Shown in pieces: positions 40,258 through 50,270 of a stretch of 61,428 bases of DNA. The stretch is from Candidatus Omnitrophota bacterium (GTDB taxonomy: Bacteria > Omnitrophota > Gorgyraeia > Aquiviventales > JACQRC01), in contig JACQRC010000044.1 in assembly GCA_016206665.1 (NCBI GenBank), positions 1-61,428 on the forward strand. The letters run 5' to 3'. Positions within the stretch are counted from its first letter, which is position 1, and each line of letters starts with the position of its first letter. The notes beneath the pieces are model-generated. The model saw only the letters and a program-made list of their open reading frames with translations, ran no database searches and was not told the DNA's origin. The translations under genes were made by a program, and so were the position numbers.

Positions 40258-40623
40258 CTGACCATCGATTCTGCCGCCACCGCCAAGCTGATCGCCCGGC
40301 TCGCCAGCGACCGCAAAGCCGAAGCGATCGTCATCCTGGACATGCGCCGAGCGCTGGGCGTGGCCGACTACTTCGTGATTGCCAGTGGACAGTCCACGCG
40401 CCAGGTGCAGGCGATCGCCGAGCACGTCTGGGAATCTCTGGAGGAGCGGGGCGGGCGCGTCTGGCATGTGGAGGGCCTGCGGGAAGGCCAATGGGTCCTG
40501 CTCGATTGCGGTGACATCATCGTGCACGTCTTCCATCCCCAGCCGCGGCGGTTCTACGGGCTGGAGCGTCTGTGGGGCGACATGCCCCGGGTCGCGCTGC
40601 CTGCTTCGGTGACATCGGCCTAA
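40258..40623 (+). CDS. rsfS: Ribosome silencing factor
   Basis: DRKAEAI, ADYFVIASG, WVLLDCGDIIVHVF, FYGLERLWGD; start codon uncertain. Confidence 0.9.
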   Translation: MTIDSAATAKLIARLASDRKAEAIVILDMRRALGVADYFVIASGQSTRQVQAIAEHVWESLEERGGRVWHVEGLREGQWVLLDCGDIIVHVFHPQPRRFYGLERLWGDMPRVALPASVTSA

Positions 40624-40647
40624 TCCTCGGTTCCCATTCCGTATTCG

Positions 40648-40656
40648 TGATATAAT
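40648..40656 (+). promoter_or_regulatory. Extended -10 promoter, probably leaderless argS mRNA
   Basis: TGATATAAT 7 nt before ATG 40664; no SD. Confidence 0.65.
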
Positions 40657-40663
40657 TCACCCC

Positions 40664-42343
40664 ATGACCTCGACCCTTGAACAGGACCTGACCCATCTCC
40701 TGCAGGAGGCGGTGGCCCGCACCCGCCTGGTGCCGGAAGGCGAGCTGCCGGAGATCTACCTCGAGCTGCCCAAGGAGCGCGCCCATGGCGACATGGCCGC
40801 GACGACCGCGCTCAAGTTGGCGCGTCAGGCCAAGCGCGCGCCGGCTGAAGTGGCCCGCCTGATCACCCAGGAGTTCGAAACGCTCCTGCCGCGCACCGCG
40901 CTGGCCGGCAGTCTGGAACGGGTCGAGATCAAGGGGCCCGGCTTCATCAACTTCTTTTTGTCACGCGCGTCACTCTATGACGTGCTGGCGCGCATCCGCG
41001 AGGAGGGGCCGCGGTACGGCTCCGCTCAGGTAGGCGCCGGGTCGAGCGTCTCGGTCGAATTTGTGAGCGCCAATCCCACAGGGCCGCTCTCTATCGCCCA
41101 CGGCCGGCAGGCCGCGGTCGGCGACGCGCTGGCCCGTCTCTTCGCGTTTCAGGGCTACACCGTCTGCCGCGAGTACTATCTCAATGACGCGGGCCGGCAG
41201 ATCAATCTCCTCGGCCAGTCCATTCTGGCGCGCTACCGCGAGCGGCTGGGCCAGCCCACCCCGATTCCCGACGAGGGGTATCGCGGGGCCTACATCGCCG
41301 AGATCGCCCAGGCCCTCGTCGACCGGGATGGCCGGAAGTGGCTCACCGATGACGGCGCGGCCGCCGCCTGCTCGCGCTATGGCGTGGAAACGATCCTGGC
41401 GACGATCCGCAAGGATCTGCAGGATTTTGGCGTGTCCTTTGAGCGTTGGGTGAGCGAGGCCTCGCTGCACCAACTGGGCCTGGTCGAGCAGGTGCTGAAG
41501 GTCCTGCGGGAGCGGCAGTGCCTCTATGAGCAGGAGGGGGCATGGTGGCTCGCCTCAACGAAATTTGGCGATGATAAGGATCGCGTCGTGCGCAAATCGA
41601 CCGGCGAGCTGACCTACCTGGCCCCGGACATCGCCTACCACCAGGACAAATTCAACCGCGGCCACCGGCGGGTCATCAATCTGTGGGGGCCGGACCATCA
41701 CGGCTACATCGCCCGCCTGAAGGCGGCCATGACCGCGCTGGGCTACGACGCCAACGACCTTGCGATCATCATCGTCCAGCTTGTGACGCTGTACCGGGAC
41801 GGGACGCCGGTCCAGATGTCGACGCGGGCCGGGGAGTTCGTGACCCTGCGCGAGTTGATCGATGAGGTGGGCTGCGATGCCGCGCGCTTCTTCTTGCTCA
41901 TGCGCAAGACGGACAGCCATCTGGATTTTGACCTGGTCCTGGCGAAGCGACAGTCTCCGGACAACCCCGTCTATTACGTGCAGTATGCGCACGCGCGCAT
42001 CTGGAGCATCGTCGGCTACCAGCAGAGCCAGTCGGGTGGCGGCCGGGCGGGCGCCGAGGTCAACTACGCCCTGCTGACTGCGACGGAGGAGCTGGAGCTG
42101 TTGCGAGTGCTCCGGTTGTTTCCGCTGGTCGTGAGCGCGTGCGTCCGGCAGATTGAGCCGTACGGCCTGACGGCCTATCTGCGCGAGCTGGCCGCCGCCT
42201 TTCATTTCTTCTACACCAAACATCGGGTCGTGACCGAGGAGGCCGAGCTCTCCTCGGCCCGGCTCGCGCTGATCGACGGCGTCCGCCAAGTGCTGGCCAA
42301 CGGATTGCAGCTGTTAGGTGTCTCCGCACCGCAGAAGATGTAG
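40664..42343 (+). CDS. argS: Arginine--tRNA ligase
   Basis: GPGFINF, EFVSANPTGPLSIAHGR, GDDKDRV, MSTRAG, NPVYYVQYAHAR. Confidence 0.97.
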   Translation: MTSTLEQDLTHLLQEAVARTRLVPEGELPEIYLELPKERAHGDMAATTALKLARQAKRAPAEVARLITQEFETLLPRTALAGSLERVEIKGPGFINFFLSRASLYDVLARIREEGPRYGSAQVGAGSSVSVEFVSANPTGPLSIAHGRQAAVGDALARLFAFQGYTVCREYYLNDAGRQINLLGQSILARYRERLGQPTPIPDEGYRGAYIAEIAQALVDRDGRKWLTDDGAAAACSRYGVETILATIRKDLQDFGVSFERWVSEASLHQLGLVEQVLKVLRERQCLYEQEGAWWLASTKFGDDKDRVVRKSTGELTYLAPDIAYHQDKFNRGHRRVINLWGPDHHGYIARLKAAMTALGYDANDLAIIIVQLVTLYRDGTPVQMSTRAGEFVTLRELIDEVGCDAARFFLLMRKTDSHLDFDLVLAKRQSPDNPVYYVQYAHARIWSIVGYQQSQSGGGRAGAEVNYALLTATEELELLRVLRLFPLVVSACVRQIEPYGLTAYLRELAAAFHFFYTKHRVVTEEAELSSARLALIDGVRQVLANGLQLLGVSAPQKM

Positions 42344-44242
42344 ATGTTCGAGTCGATTCGCTTATACCGGGGCGGGCGGGTGCAGCTCGAGCCGTTGGCC
42401 GCACAGCTGGTGCGGTATGGCTATCGGCGGCAAACCCAGGTGGCCGACCCGGGCGATTTTGCAATCCGGGGCGGGGTCGTGGACATCTACCCGGTCACCT
42501 ATGAATGTCCGCTGCGCCTCGAGTTGCGCGGCGCCACGATCGAGGGCCTCTGGGGCCTGAACCCGCAGACCGGCGAGCTGCTCGAGTCGCACGCGATGGC
42601 GATCATCCTGCCGCAGGGCGTGCGGATGCGCTTCACGGCCGAGTCACCGCTCGAGCATTTCGTCGATATCGAAGCGGGCGACTACGTGGTCCATGTCCAC
42701 CACGGCATCGGACGCTATCGCGGTCTGGAACGCCTCAAGCAGCGCACCGGGGAGCAGGATGTCCTCGTCATCGAGTATGCCGAGGGCGACAGACTCTATG
42801 TGCCGGTCGAGCAGATGCACCTGGTCCAGAAATATCTCGGCTTTGAGGGGCGGGCGCCGCGGCTGTACAAGTTAGGGAGCCAGGCGTGGGAGCGGACCAA
42901 GGCGCGCGCGCAGGCCGCCGCCTGGTCGTATGCGCGCGAGCTGCTCGAACTGCAGGCCAAGCGGTTCGCCCTGACCGGGTACGCCTTTGCGGCGGACACC
43001 GCGTGGCAGCGTTCGTTCGAGCAGGCCTTTCCGTACCGGGAAACGCAGGACCAGACGACGGCGACCGCGGAGGTGAAGCGCGACATGGAAGCTCCGCGCC
43101 CGATGGACCGGCTGCTCATCGGGGATGTGGGCTACGGCAAGACGGAGATCGCCCTGCGCGCCGCCTTCAAGGCGGTCATGGACAACAAGCAGGTCTGTGT
43201 GCTGGTGCCGACGACGATTCTGGCCGAGCAGCATGCCGCGACCCTGCGCAGCCGCGTGGCGGCGTATCCCATCACCGTCGAGCTGCTCTCGCGCTTTCGC
43301 AGCGCGGCGCAGACGCGTGAGGTGCTGGAGCGGCTGAAGGCCGGCCGCTGCGACATCGTCGTCGGCACGCACCGGCTGCTCTCGGACGATGTGCAGTTCA
43401 AGGAGTTGGGCCTGGTCATCATCGATGAGGAGCAGCGCTTCGGGGTCAAGGCGAAGGAGCGGCTCAAGCAGCTGCGCCTGCTCGTGGACGTGCTCGTGCT
43501 GACCGCCACGCCGATTCCCCGGACCCTCTATCTGTCGATGGTCGGGGTCAAGGACGTCTCCTCGATCGCCACGCCGCCGGAAAACCGCCATCCGGTCGAG
43601 ACCCTGGTCATCGAGTGGGATGAGGAGGTGATTCGGCAGCTCCTGCGGCAGGAGCTGCGGCGGCAGGGGCAGGTCTATGTCGTCCACAACCGGATTTACG
43701 ATCTGGAGCCGATGGTCCGCCGCATCGCCCGGCTCGTGCCTGAGGCGCGCATCGGAATGGCGCACGGCCGGCTGCCGGACGAGGAGCTCGCCGCCATCAT
43801 GCGCGCCTTCATCGCAGGGCGGCTGGACGTCCTGGTGACGACGACCATCATCGCCTCCGGCATCGACATTCCCAACGTGAATACGATCCTCATCGACCGC
43901 GCGGACACCTACGGGCTGGCCGAGCTCTATCAGTTGCGCGGACGGGTGGGCCGGTTTGACCGGCGCGCCTACGCCTGTCTCGTGCTGCCTCGCGGCCTCA
44001 TGCTGTCCAAGGAGGCCCGGGAGCGGTTGCAGGCCATCACCAAACACGCGGAACTGGGCGCCGGGTTCAAGATTGCGATGGAGGATCTGAAGATCCGCGG
44101 AGCGGGCAACATTCTTGGCGTCGAACAGCACGGCCACGTGACGGCGGTGGGGTTTGACCTGTACTGTCGATTGTTGCGCGAGGCCGTGACCCGTCTCAAA
44201 TCGACGAACGCCGGCTCAGCGCTGGCCGGCCTGAGGAACTGA
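42344..44242 (+). CDS. mfd: Transcription-repair coupling factor, compact 632-aa form
   Basis: [26 protein letters not shown] (RID), [46 protein letters not shown]. Confidence 0.92.
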   Translation: MFESIRLYRGGRVQLEPLAAQLVRYGYRRQTQVADPGDFAIRGGVVDIYPVTYECPLRLELRGATIEGLWGLNPQTGELLESHAMAIILPQGVRMRFTAESPLEHFVDIEAGDYVVHVHHGIGRYRGLERLKQRTGEQDVLVIEYAEGDRLYVPVEQMHLVQKYLGFEGRAPRLYKLGSQAWERTKARAQAAAWSYARELLELQAKRFALTGYAFAADTAWQRSFEQAFPYRETQDQTTATAEVKRDMEAPRPMDRLLIGDVGYGKTEIALRAAFKAVMDNKQVCVLVPTTILAEQHAATLRSRVAAYPITVELLSRFRSAAQTREVLERLKAGRCDIVVGTHRLLSDDVQFKELGLVIIDEEQRFGVKAKERLKQLRLLVDVLVLTATPIPRTLYLSMVGVKDVSSIATPPENRHPVETLVIEWDEEVIRQLLRQELRRQGQVYVVHNRIYDLEPMVRRIARLVPEARIGMAHGRLPDEELAAIMRAFIAGRLDVLVTTTIIASGIDIPNVNTILIDRADTYGLAELYQLRGRVGRFDRRAYACLVLPRGLMLSKEARERLQAITKHAELGAGFKIAMEDLKIRGAGNILGVEQHGHVTAVGFDLYCRLLREAVTRLKSTNAGSALAGLRN

Positions 44243-44244
44243 CG

Positions 44245-45180
44245 ATGCGGCGTGTGATGGCAGGATGGATGCTGATGGCGGCGTGCCTGCCCGCGGTGAC
44301 GGCTCTCGCCGAGGTGATGGATCGCGTCCTGGCTGTCGTCAACGATGACGTGATCACGCAGCGCGATCTGGAGCGGGTCCTCGTGGCGGCGCTGCCGTCC
44401 GGGGAGTTGGAGCAGCTGCATCCAGGCGACGCGGCCTGGCGCGAGGCGTTGCAACAACTGGTCGAAGAGCGGCTCATCGTGCAGGCGGCCAAGCGCGCCG
44501 GCCTGGCGCCGAATCAGGAGGAGATCGCACGGCGGTTCGATGAGATGAAGCAGCGGTTCGGGTCTGAGCAGGCCTATCGGGCTGCGCTGGCTGAGGAGGG
44601 ATTGACCGAGACGGAGCTGCAGGCGCGGTACGCGGACCAATGGCTGATGCAGCGCGTCGTGGAGCAGGAGGTCCGCGCCAAGCTGCGCGTGACCCCGACC
44701 GAGATTGCGCAGGAGTATGCCCAGCACCGCGACGCCTATCAGAGCCAGCCTGCCGCGCTGGTGCGCATGATCCTCATCAAGCCGAAGGAGGGCGAGACCT
44801 CCGACGCGGCCAAGCGACGGGCCGAGCAGATCGGCCGTCAGGCGCAGGCCGGTGTAGACTTCAGCGATCTCGCGAAACGGTATTCCCAGGGACCCAATGC
44901 CGATGAGGGGGGCAGTCTCGGCTACCTGGAGGCAGGCGAGCTGCTGCCGGCACTCGATGCCGCCGTGCAGCAGTTGAAGCCAGGGCAGATTTCGAATGTT
45001 ATCGAAGCCAATGGCGGTTGGCATATGCTGAAGGTCGAGGAGCGGCGCGCCGGCACGACAGCAGACGAAGCCGCCGTCCAGGCGAAGATCGAGCAGCGGC
45101 TGCTGAAGCAAAAGTTTGAGCGGGCCTTCGGCGACTGGGTGGCGAAGCTCAAGGCAGCAGCCTACATCGTCATGAAGTAA
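44245..45180 (+). CDS. SurA-like parvulin peptidyl-prolyl isomerase
   Basis: Signal peptide, DRVLAVVNDDVIT, FSDLAKRYS, GGSLGY; upstream of pdxA-rsmA. Confidence 0.87.
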   Translation: MRRVMAGWMLMAACLPAVTALAEVMDRVLAVVNDDVITQRDLERVLVAALPSGELEQLHPGDAAWREALQQLVEERLIVQAAKRAGLAPNQEEIARRFDEMKQRFGSEQAYRAALAEEGLTETELQARYADQWLMQRVVEQEVRAKLRVTPTEIAQEYAQHRDAYQSQPAALVRMILIKPKEGETSDAAKRRAEQIGRQAQAGVDFSDLAKRYSQGPNADEGGSLGYLEAGELLPALDAAVQQLKPGQISNVIEANGGWHMLKVEERRAGTTADEAAVQAKIEQRLLKQKFERAFGDWVAKLKAAAYIVMK

Positions 45181-45181
45181 G

Positions 45182-46159
45182 ATGCCGACTCTGGCCGTCA
45201 CGATGGGCGATCCTGGCGGGATTGGCCCGGAGATCATCCTCAAGGCGCTGGCCCACGCCGGCCTGCGCCGTCAGGCGCGGTGGCTGCTCGTCGGGGATCA
45301 GGCCTGGTTTGAGCGCACGCGCCAACGGCTGCGGTTGCCGCGCGCCGTCCTGCACGCCGCAGGGATCACGCTGGTCGATTGCCCGGGCCAGGCTGCGCGC
45401 TGGGCCGGTCGGCATCATCCCTGCGCGGCCTCCGGCCGCGCCGCCTACACCTACCTGGTGCGGGCGGTCCGTCTCATTCAACAGGGAGGGGCGGACGGCC
45501 TGGTGACCGCGCCGGTCGCCAAGGCAGCGCTCGCCGAGGCTCGGTTGCCTGTGTCAGGCCACACCGAATTGCTGGCGCGTCTGACTCGGACACGCCATGT
45601 CGCGATGCTGCTCTCCGGCCGCCGGTTGCGCGTGCTGCTCGCCACGCGCCATCTGCCGCTCCGGCGTGTCCCGGCCGCCCTGCGCTCGCGCGATCTGCTC
45701 GAGGATATCCGGTTGCTGCATGCGGTCCTGCGCGCAGGGTTCGGTTGCCGGCATCCGCGCATCGCTGTGGCCGGTGTGAATCCGCATGCCGGTGAGGGGG
45801 GCGCGCTGGGCCACGAGGAGCAGCGCATCATCACCCCGGCCATCCGCCGCGCGCAGCGTCTGTTAGGGCCGCGGATCACAGGTCCCTGGGCGGCCGATGC
45901 CGTCTTTTATGATGCCTATCGCGGCCGGCACGATGCCGTGGTCTGCATGTATCACGACCAGGGCGCAGTACCGCTCAAGATGATCGACCGGGATGCCGGC
46001 ATCAACGTCACCCTGGGCCTGCCATTCGTGCGTACCTCACCGGACCACGGCACGGCCTTCGACATCGCGGGGACCGGCCGCGCGCATCCCGGCTCGATGA
46101 TCGCCGCGATGCGATTTGCCGTGCGTTGGGCCGGCTCCGCGCGTGCACACCCTCGCTGA
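45182..46159 (+). CDS. pdxA: 4-hydroxythreonine-4-phosphate dehydrogenase
   Basis: TMGDPGGIGPEI, GHTE, NPHAGE, MYHDQG, RTSPDHGTAFDIAG. Confidence 0.95.
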   Translation: MPTLAVTMGDPGGIGPEIILKALAHAGLRRQARWLLVGDQAWFERTRQRLRLPRAVLHAAGITLVDCPGQAARWAGRHHPCAASGRAAYTYLVRAVRLIQQGGADGLVTAPVAKAALAEARLPVSGHTELLARLTRTRHVAMLLSGRRLRVLLATRHLPLRRVPAALRSRDLLEDIRLLHAVLRAGFGCRHPRIAVAGVNPHAGEGGALGHEEQRIITPAIRRAQRLLGPRITGPWAADAVFYDAYRGRHDAVVCMYHDQGAVPLKMIDRDAGINVTLGLPFVRTSPDHGTAFDIAGTGRAHPGSMIAAMRFAVRWAGSARAHPR

Positions 46160-46976
46160 ACTCCGCGCCCTCCTGCAGCAGTACCGTCTGACGCCGCGCC
46201 AGCAGCTGGGGCAGCACTTCCTCATCGATCCTGCGACGGTCACACGGCTGGTGGATCACATGGGACTCTCGCCCCAGGATACCGTCGTGGAAGTCGGCCC
46301 GGGTTTTGGAGCACTGACGCTGGAGCTCTCCCAGCGCGCAGGCCGCGTCACGGCCGTGGAGTATGACCGGGTCCTGGCGCACGCGCTGAAGGAGCGGCTC
46401 GGCAGCGCGACCAACGTGGAGGTGCTGCACGCCGACATCCTGGAGTCTCCGCTGCCGCCGCGCAGCCGGGTCATCGGCGCCATTCCCTACAGCATCACCT
46501 CGCCGCTGTTGGAGCATCTCATGCGGCACAAGCGCGACGTCATCGATGCGTGGCTCATCATGCAGCGCGAGGTGGCGCAGCGGCTGGTCGCCCGCCCAGG
46601 CTCTCCGGAGTACAGCCGCCTCTCCTGTTTCGCCGCGTTCCACTTTCTGGTGACGCTGGGACCGCGCGTGGCGCGCCAGGCCTTCCACCCGCAGCCTGGA
46701 GTCGACTCCCTCCTCGTGCACCTGGTGACCCGCGCTGCGCCGCCCGTGACGGTGGCGGATGAAGCGCGCTTCTTTGCCGTGATCAAGGCCGCCTTCGCGC
46801 ACCGGCGCAAGACCCTGCTGAACAATGTGCTGCCGCTGGCCGGCGGCAACGCGCTGCGGATGGTGTTCGAGGCGCACCTGCGCAGCGGCGGCATCGACCC
46901 ACGACGGCGTGGGGAGACGTTGTCGCTCGAGGAGTTCGCGCAGGTGGCCTCACTGGTGGCGTCGTTTCGCCATTGA
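46143..46976 (+). CDS. rsmA: 16S rRNA dimethyladenosine transferase
   Basis: LGQHFL, EVGPGFG, IPYSITSP, QREVAQR, FAHRRKTL. Confidence 0.94.
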   Translation: MHTLAELRALLQQYRLTPRQQLGQHFLIDPATVTRLVDHMGLSPQDTVVEVGPGFGALTLELSQRAGRVTAVEYDRVLAHALKERLGSATNVEVLHADILESPLPPRSRVIGAIPYSITSPLLEHLMRHKRDVIDAWLIMQREVAQRLVARPGSPEYSRLSCFAAFHFLVTLGPRVARQAFHPQPGVDSLLVHLVTRAAPPVTVADEARFFAVIKAAFAHRRKTLLNNVLPLAGGNALRMVFEAHLRSGGIDPRRRGETLSLEEFAQVASLVASFRH

Positions 46977-47001
46977 CGATTGCCCTAACACCACCTACAA
47001 T
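46973..47001 (+). promoter_or_regulatory. sigma70-type promoter of gatCAB
   Basis: TTGACG-17 nt-TACAAT. Confidence 0.72.
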
Positions 47002-47035
47002 GAGAGGTTAAGATACATGACACGAGTGCGGTTCG

Positions 47036-47338
47036 ATGCCACGCATCACGGCTGAGGAGGTCAGGGTCGTCGCCCATCTGGCGCGGCTGTCATTGACCGA
47101 TGAGGAAGTCCGGCTCTTCACCCAGCAGCTCGATACGATCCTCGATTACGTGCAGCAGCTGCAACGGCTCAAGACGGAGAGCGTGAGTCCCACGACGCAC
47201 GTCCTGCCCCTCGCGAATGTGCTGCGGCCCGACCAGATCACCCCTTCGCTCGACCCCGAGACCGTCGCCGCCTTGGCTCCGCAGCGCAAGGGGCGGTTCA
47301 TCCAGGTGCCCAAGATCATCGAGACGGAGCCGGGTTGA
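47036..47338 (+). CDS. gatC: Asp/Glu-tRNA amidotransferase subunit C
   Basis: [22 protein letters not shown]. Confidence 0.94.
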   Translation: MPRITAEEVRVVAHLARLSLTDEEVRLFTQQLDTILDYVQQLQRLKTESVSPTTHVLPLANVLRPDQITPSLDPETVAALAPQRKGRFIQVPKIIETEPG

Positions 47339-48813
47339 GCAGGCCGCTGTGGGCCTTGACGGCGCATGAACTGGCCGACGCACTGCGGCAGGGCCAGGTG
47401 CGGCCGCGCGAGGCGGTCGAGGCGGTCCTCGAGCGCTGGCAGAGCACCAACACCCTGTTGCACGCCTACCTGGGCGTGAATGCCGAGGCGGTGCGCGCGC
47501 GCGCGGAGCGGCTCGCATCGCAGGCGCCGCAGGGCAAACTCTTCGGGGTGCCGGTCGCCATCAAGGACAATATCTGCGTGCGCGCCGAGGAGACGACCTG
47601 CGCCTCCAGGATACTGCGCGGGTTTCGTCCGCCCTATCATGCCACCGTCGTGGAGCGGCTCGAGGCCGAAGGGGCCATCATCCTCGGCCGGCTCAACATG
47701 GATGAGTTCGCCTTCGGCTCTTCCACCGAGTCCTCCGCGCATGGCGTGACGAGGAACCCCTGGGATGCGACGCGCATCCCCGGAGGCTCGAGCGGCGGCT
47801 CGGCCGCGGCGGTCGCCGCGGACAGCGCGTTCGCGGCGCTGGGCTCAGACACCGGCGGCTCGATCCGCCAGCCGGCCGCGATGTGCGGGGTGGTGGGGCT
47901 CAAGCCCACGTACGGCCGCGTCTCCCGGTACGGCCTGATCGCCTTCGCCTCCTCGCTGGATCAGATCGGTCCGCTGGCCAAGGATGTGACGGATGCGGCG
48001 CTGCTGTTAGAGGTGATCGCGGGATATGATCCGCGCGATTCCACGTCGGCCGAGGTGCCGGTGCCGCCGTATCGCGAGCGGTTGACGCAGGGGCTGCAGG
48101 GGCTGCGGATCGGCATTCCGCGGGAATGTTTTGTGGACGGGCTGGATCCGGAAGTGCGCCGCGCCGTTGAGGAGGCCATTAAGGTGCTGCGCCAATTAGG
48201 GGCCGCCTGCGAGCCGACCAGCCTGCCGCACGCCGAGTATGCGGTGGCGACCTATTACATTCTGGCGACGGCCGAGGCCAGCTCCAACCTGGCGCGCTTC
48301 GACGGCGTGCAGTACGGCTGGCGCAACGCGGCACCGCGTGGCAGCCTGTTAGAGATGTACCAGCGAACGCGGGCGGAGGGCTTCGGCGCCGAGGCCAAGC
48401 GGCGCATTATGCTTGGCACCTATGTCCTGAGCCACGGCTATTACGACGCCTACTACGCGCGGGCGCTCAAGGTGCGCACGCTCATCAAGCAGGATTTTGA
48501 CCGGGCCTTTGAGCGGTTCGACTGTCTGGTGACCCCGACGGCGCCCACCCCGGCCTTTCGGTTCGGGGAGAAGCTGGAGGATCCGCTCAGCATGTATCTG
48601 TCGGACATCTACACGATCTCCGTCAATCTGGCCGGCATCCCCGGCATCTCGGTGCCGTGCGGATTTTCCAAGACGGGCCTGCCCATCGGGCTCCAAGTGC
48701 TGGCCGCGCCGTTTCAGGAAGAGAGGCTCCTGCGCGCTGCCTATGCGTATGAGCAGGCCACCGCGTGGCACACGCGGCAGCCCGAGGTGGCGGAAACCAC
48801 CCCGAGCCGGTGA
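47335..48813 (+). CDS. gatA: Asp/Glu-tRNA amidotransferase subunit A
   Basis: [43 protein letters not shown]. Confidence 0.96.
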   Translation: MSRPLWALTAHELADALRQGQVRPREAVEAVLERWQSTNTLLHAYLGVNAEAVRARAERLASQAPQGKLFGVPVAIKDNICVRAEETTCASRILRGFRPPYHATVVERLEAEGAIILGRLNMDEFAFGSSTESSAHGVTRNPWDATRIPGGSSGGSAAAVAADSAFAALGSDTGGSIRQPAAMCGVVGLKPTYGRVSRYGLIAFASSLDQIGPLAKDVTDAALLLEVIAGYDPRDSTSAEVPVPPYRERLTQGLQGLRIGIPRECFVDGLDPEVRRAVEEAIKVLRQLGAACEPTSLPHAEYAVATYYILATAEASSNLARFDGVQYGWRNAAPRGSLLEMYQRTRAEGFGAEAKRRIMLGTYVLSHGYYDAYYARALKVRTLIKQDFDRAFERFDCLVTPTAPTPAFRFGEKLEDPLSMYLSDIYTISVNLAGIPGISVPCGFSKTGLPIGLQVLAAPFQEERLLRAAYAYEQATAWHTRQPEVAETTPSR

Positions 48814-48823
48814 TGGGACCGCG

Positions 48824-50269
48824 ATGAACTACGAGACGACGATCGGTTTGGAGGTGCACGTGCAGCTGGCCACGCGGTCGAAGGCGTTTTGCGGCTGCGC
48901 GAACAACTTTGGCGCGGCCCCCAATGCCCAGACCTGCCCGGTCTGTCTGGGCTTGCCCGGCAGTCTGCCGGTGCTCAACCAGGCGGCCTTTGAGCTGGCG
49001 GTGCGCACCGCGCTGGCGCTCAATTGTCAGATCACCGATCGGATCCAGTTTGACCGCAAACACTACTTCTATCCGGATTTGCCCAAGGCTTTCCAGATCT
49101 CGCAATATGATCAGCCCCTCTCGCACGACGGCCATCTGGATATTCCGGTGCAGGAGCAGACCAAACGCGTGCGGATCCACCGGGCCCACCTCGAGGAGGA
49201 TGCCGGCAAGCTGCTGCACGAAGCCGGCGACGGGGCCAGCCTCGTCGACTTCAATCGGGCCGGGGTGCCCCTGCTTGAGATCGTGAGCGAGCCGGACCTC
49301 GCGTCACCCGATGAAGCCTTCACCTACCTGACCCGGCTCAAACTGATCCTGCAATATCTCGAGGTCTCGAGCTGCGACATGGAGAAGGGCACGCTCCGCT
49401 GCGACGCCAATCTGTCGGTCCGGCGGCAGGGGGAGGCAGCGCTGGGCTCAAAGGTCGAGATCAAGAATCTCAACTCCTTCCGCCATGTCCGCGCCGCGCT
49501 GCGCTATGAGCAGGAGCGGCAGGTCGCAGCCCTGCAGAGCGGCCAGCGTATCGCGCAAGAGACCCGGCTGTGGGACGCAGCGCTGGAGCGAACACGGCCG
49601 ATGCGGAGCAAGGAGGAGGCCTCCGATTACCGCTACTTCCGGGAACCGGATCTCGTGCCCTTCTCGGTGAGCCCGGAGACGATCGGCCGGGTGCGCGAGG
49701 GATTGCCGGAGCTGCCGGAGAGCCGCAAGGCGCGGCTCATGCGCGACGATCGGCTCTCATCTTACGATGCGGATCTGGTCACCTCCTCGCGACGGCTGGC
49801 CGACCTGTATGAGGCGACCGTGGCCCTGCACCGCCAGCCGAAGGCGGTGGCGAATTATCTCATTTCGGAATTGCTGGCCTATGCGCATGTGCGCAGCCTG
49901 GAGATCGAGGCGGTGGCGGTGGAGCCGGCGCATCTGGCCCAGCTCCTGCAGCTGATTGAGGCCGGCGCCATCAGCCGGCCGGTGGCCAAGAACGTTTTTG
50001 TGGAGATGATCGAGAGCCGGGTGCCGCCCGGGGAGATCGTGACGCGCAAGGGTCTGGGCCAAATCTCCGACGGCGCGGCGCTGGAGGGGATCATCGCGCA
50101 GGTCATCGCGGCGAACGCCCAGACCGTCGCCGACGTTCGGGCGGGCAAGGCCAGCGCCTTTCAGTTTCTCATCGGGCAATGCATGAAGGCGACGCAGGGC
50201 AAGGCCAACCCCCAGCGCGTCGCCGAGCAGTTGCGGCAATCTTTGTCACAACAGACCGGAGGTTCCTAG
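48824..50269 (+). CDS. gatB: Asp/Glu-tRNA amidotransferase subunit B
   Basis: IGLEVHVQL, YFYPDLPK, HLEEDAGK, RCDANLS, DYRYF. Confidence 0.96.
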   Translation: MNYETTIGLEVHVQLATRSKAFCGCANNFGAAPNAQTCPVCLGLPGSLPVLNQAAFELAVRTALALNCQITDRIQFDRKHYFYPDLPKAFQISQYDQPLSHDGHLDIPVQEQTKRVRIHRAHLEEDAGKLLHEAGDGASLVDFNRAGVPLLEIVSEPDLASPDEAFTYLTRLKLILQYLEVSSCDMEKGTLRCDANLSVRRQGEAALGSKVEIKNLNSFRHVRAALRYEQERQVAALQSGQRIAQETRLWDAALERTRPMRSKEEASDYRYFREPDLVPFSVSPETIGRVREGLPELPESRKARLMRDDRLSSYDADLVTSSRRLADLYEATVALHRQPKAVANYLISELLAYAHVRSLEIEAVAVEPAHLAQLLQLIEAGAISRPVAKNVFVEMIESRVPPGEIVTRKGLGQISDGAALEGIIAQVIAANAQTVADVRAGKASAFQFLIGQCMKATQGKANPQRVAEQLRQSLSQQTGGS

Positions 50270-50270
50270 G

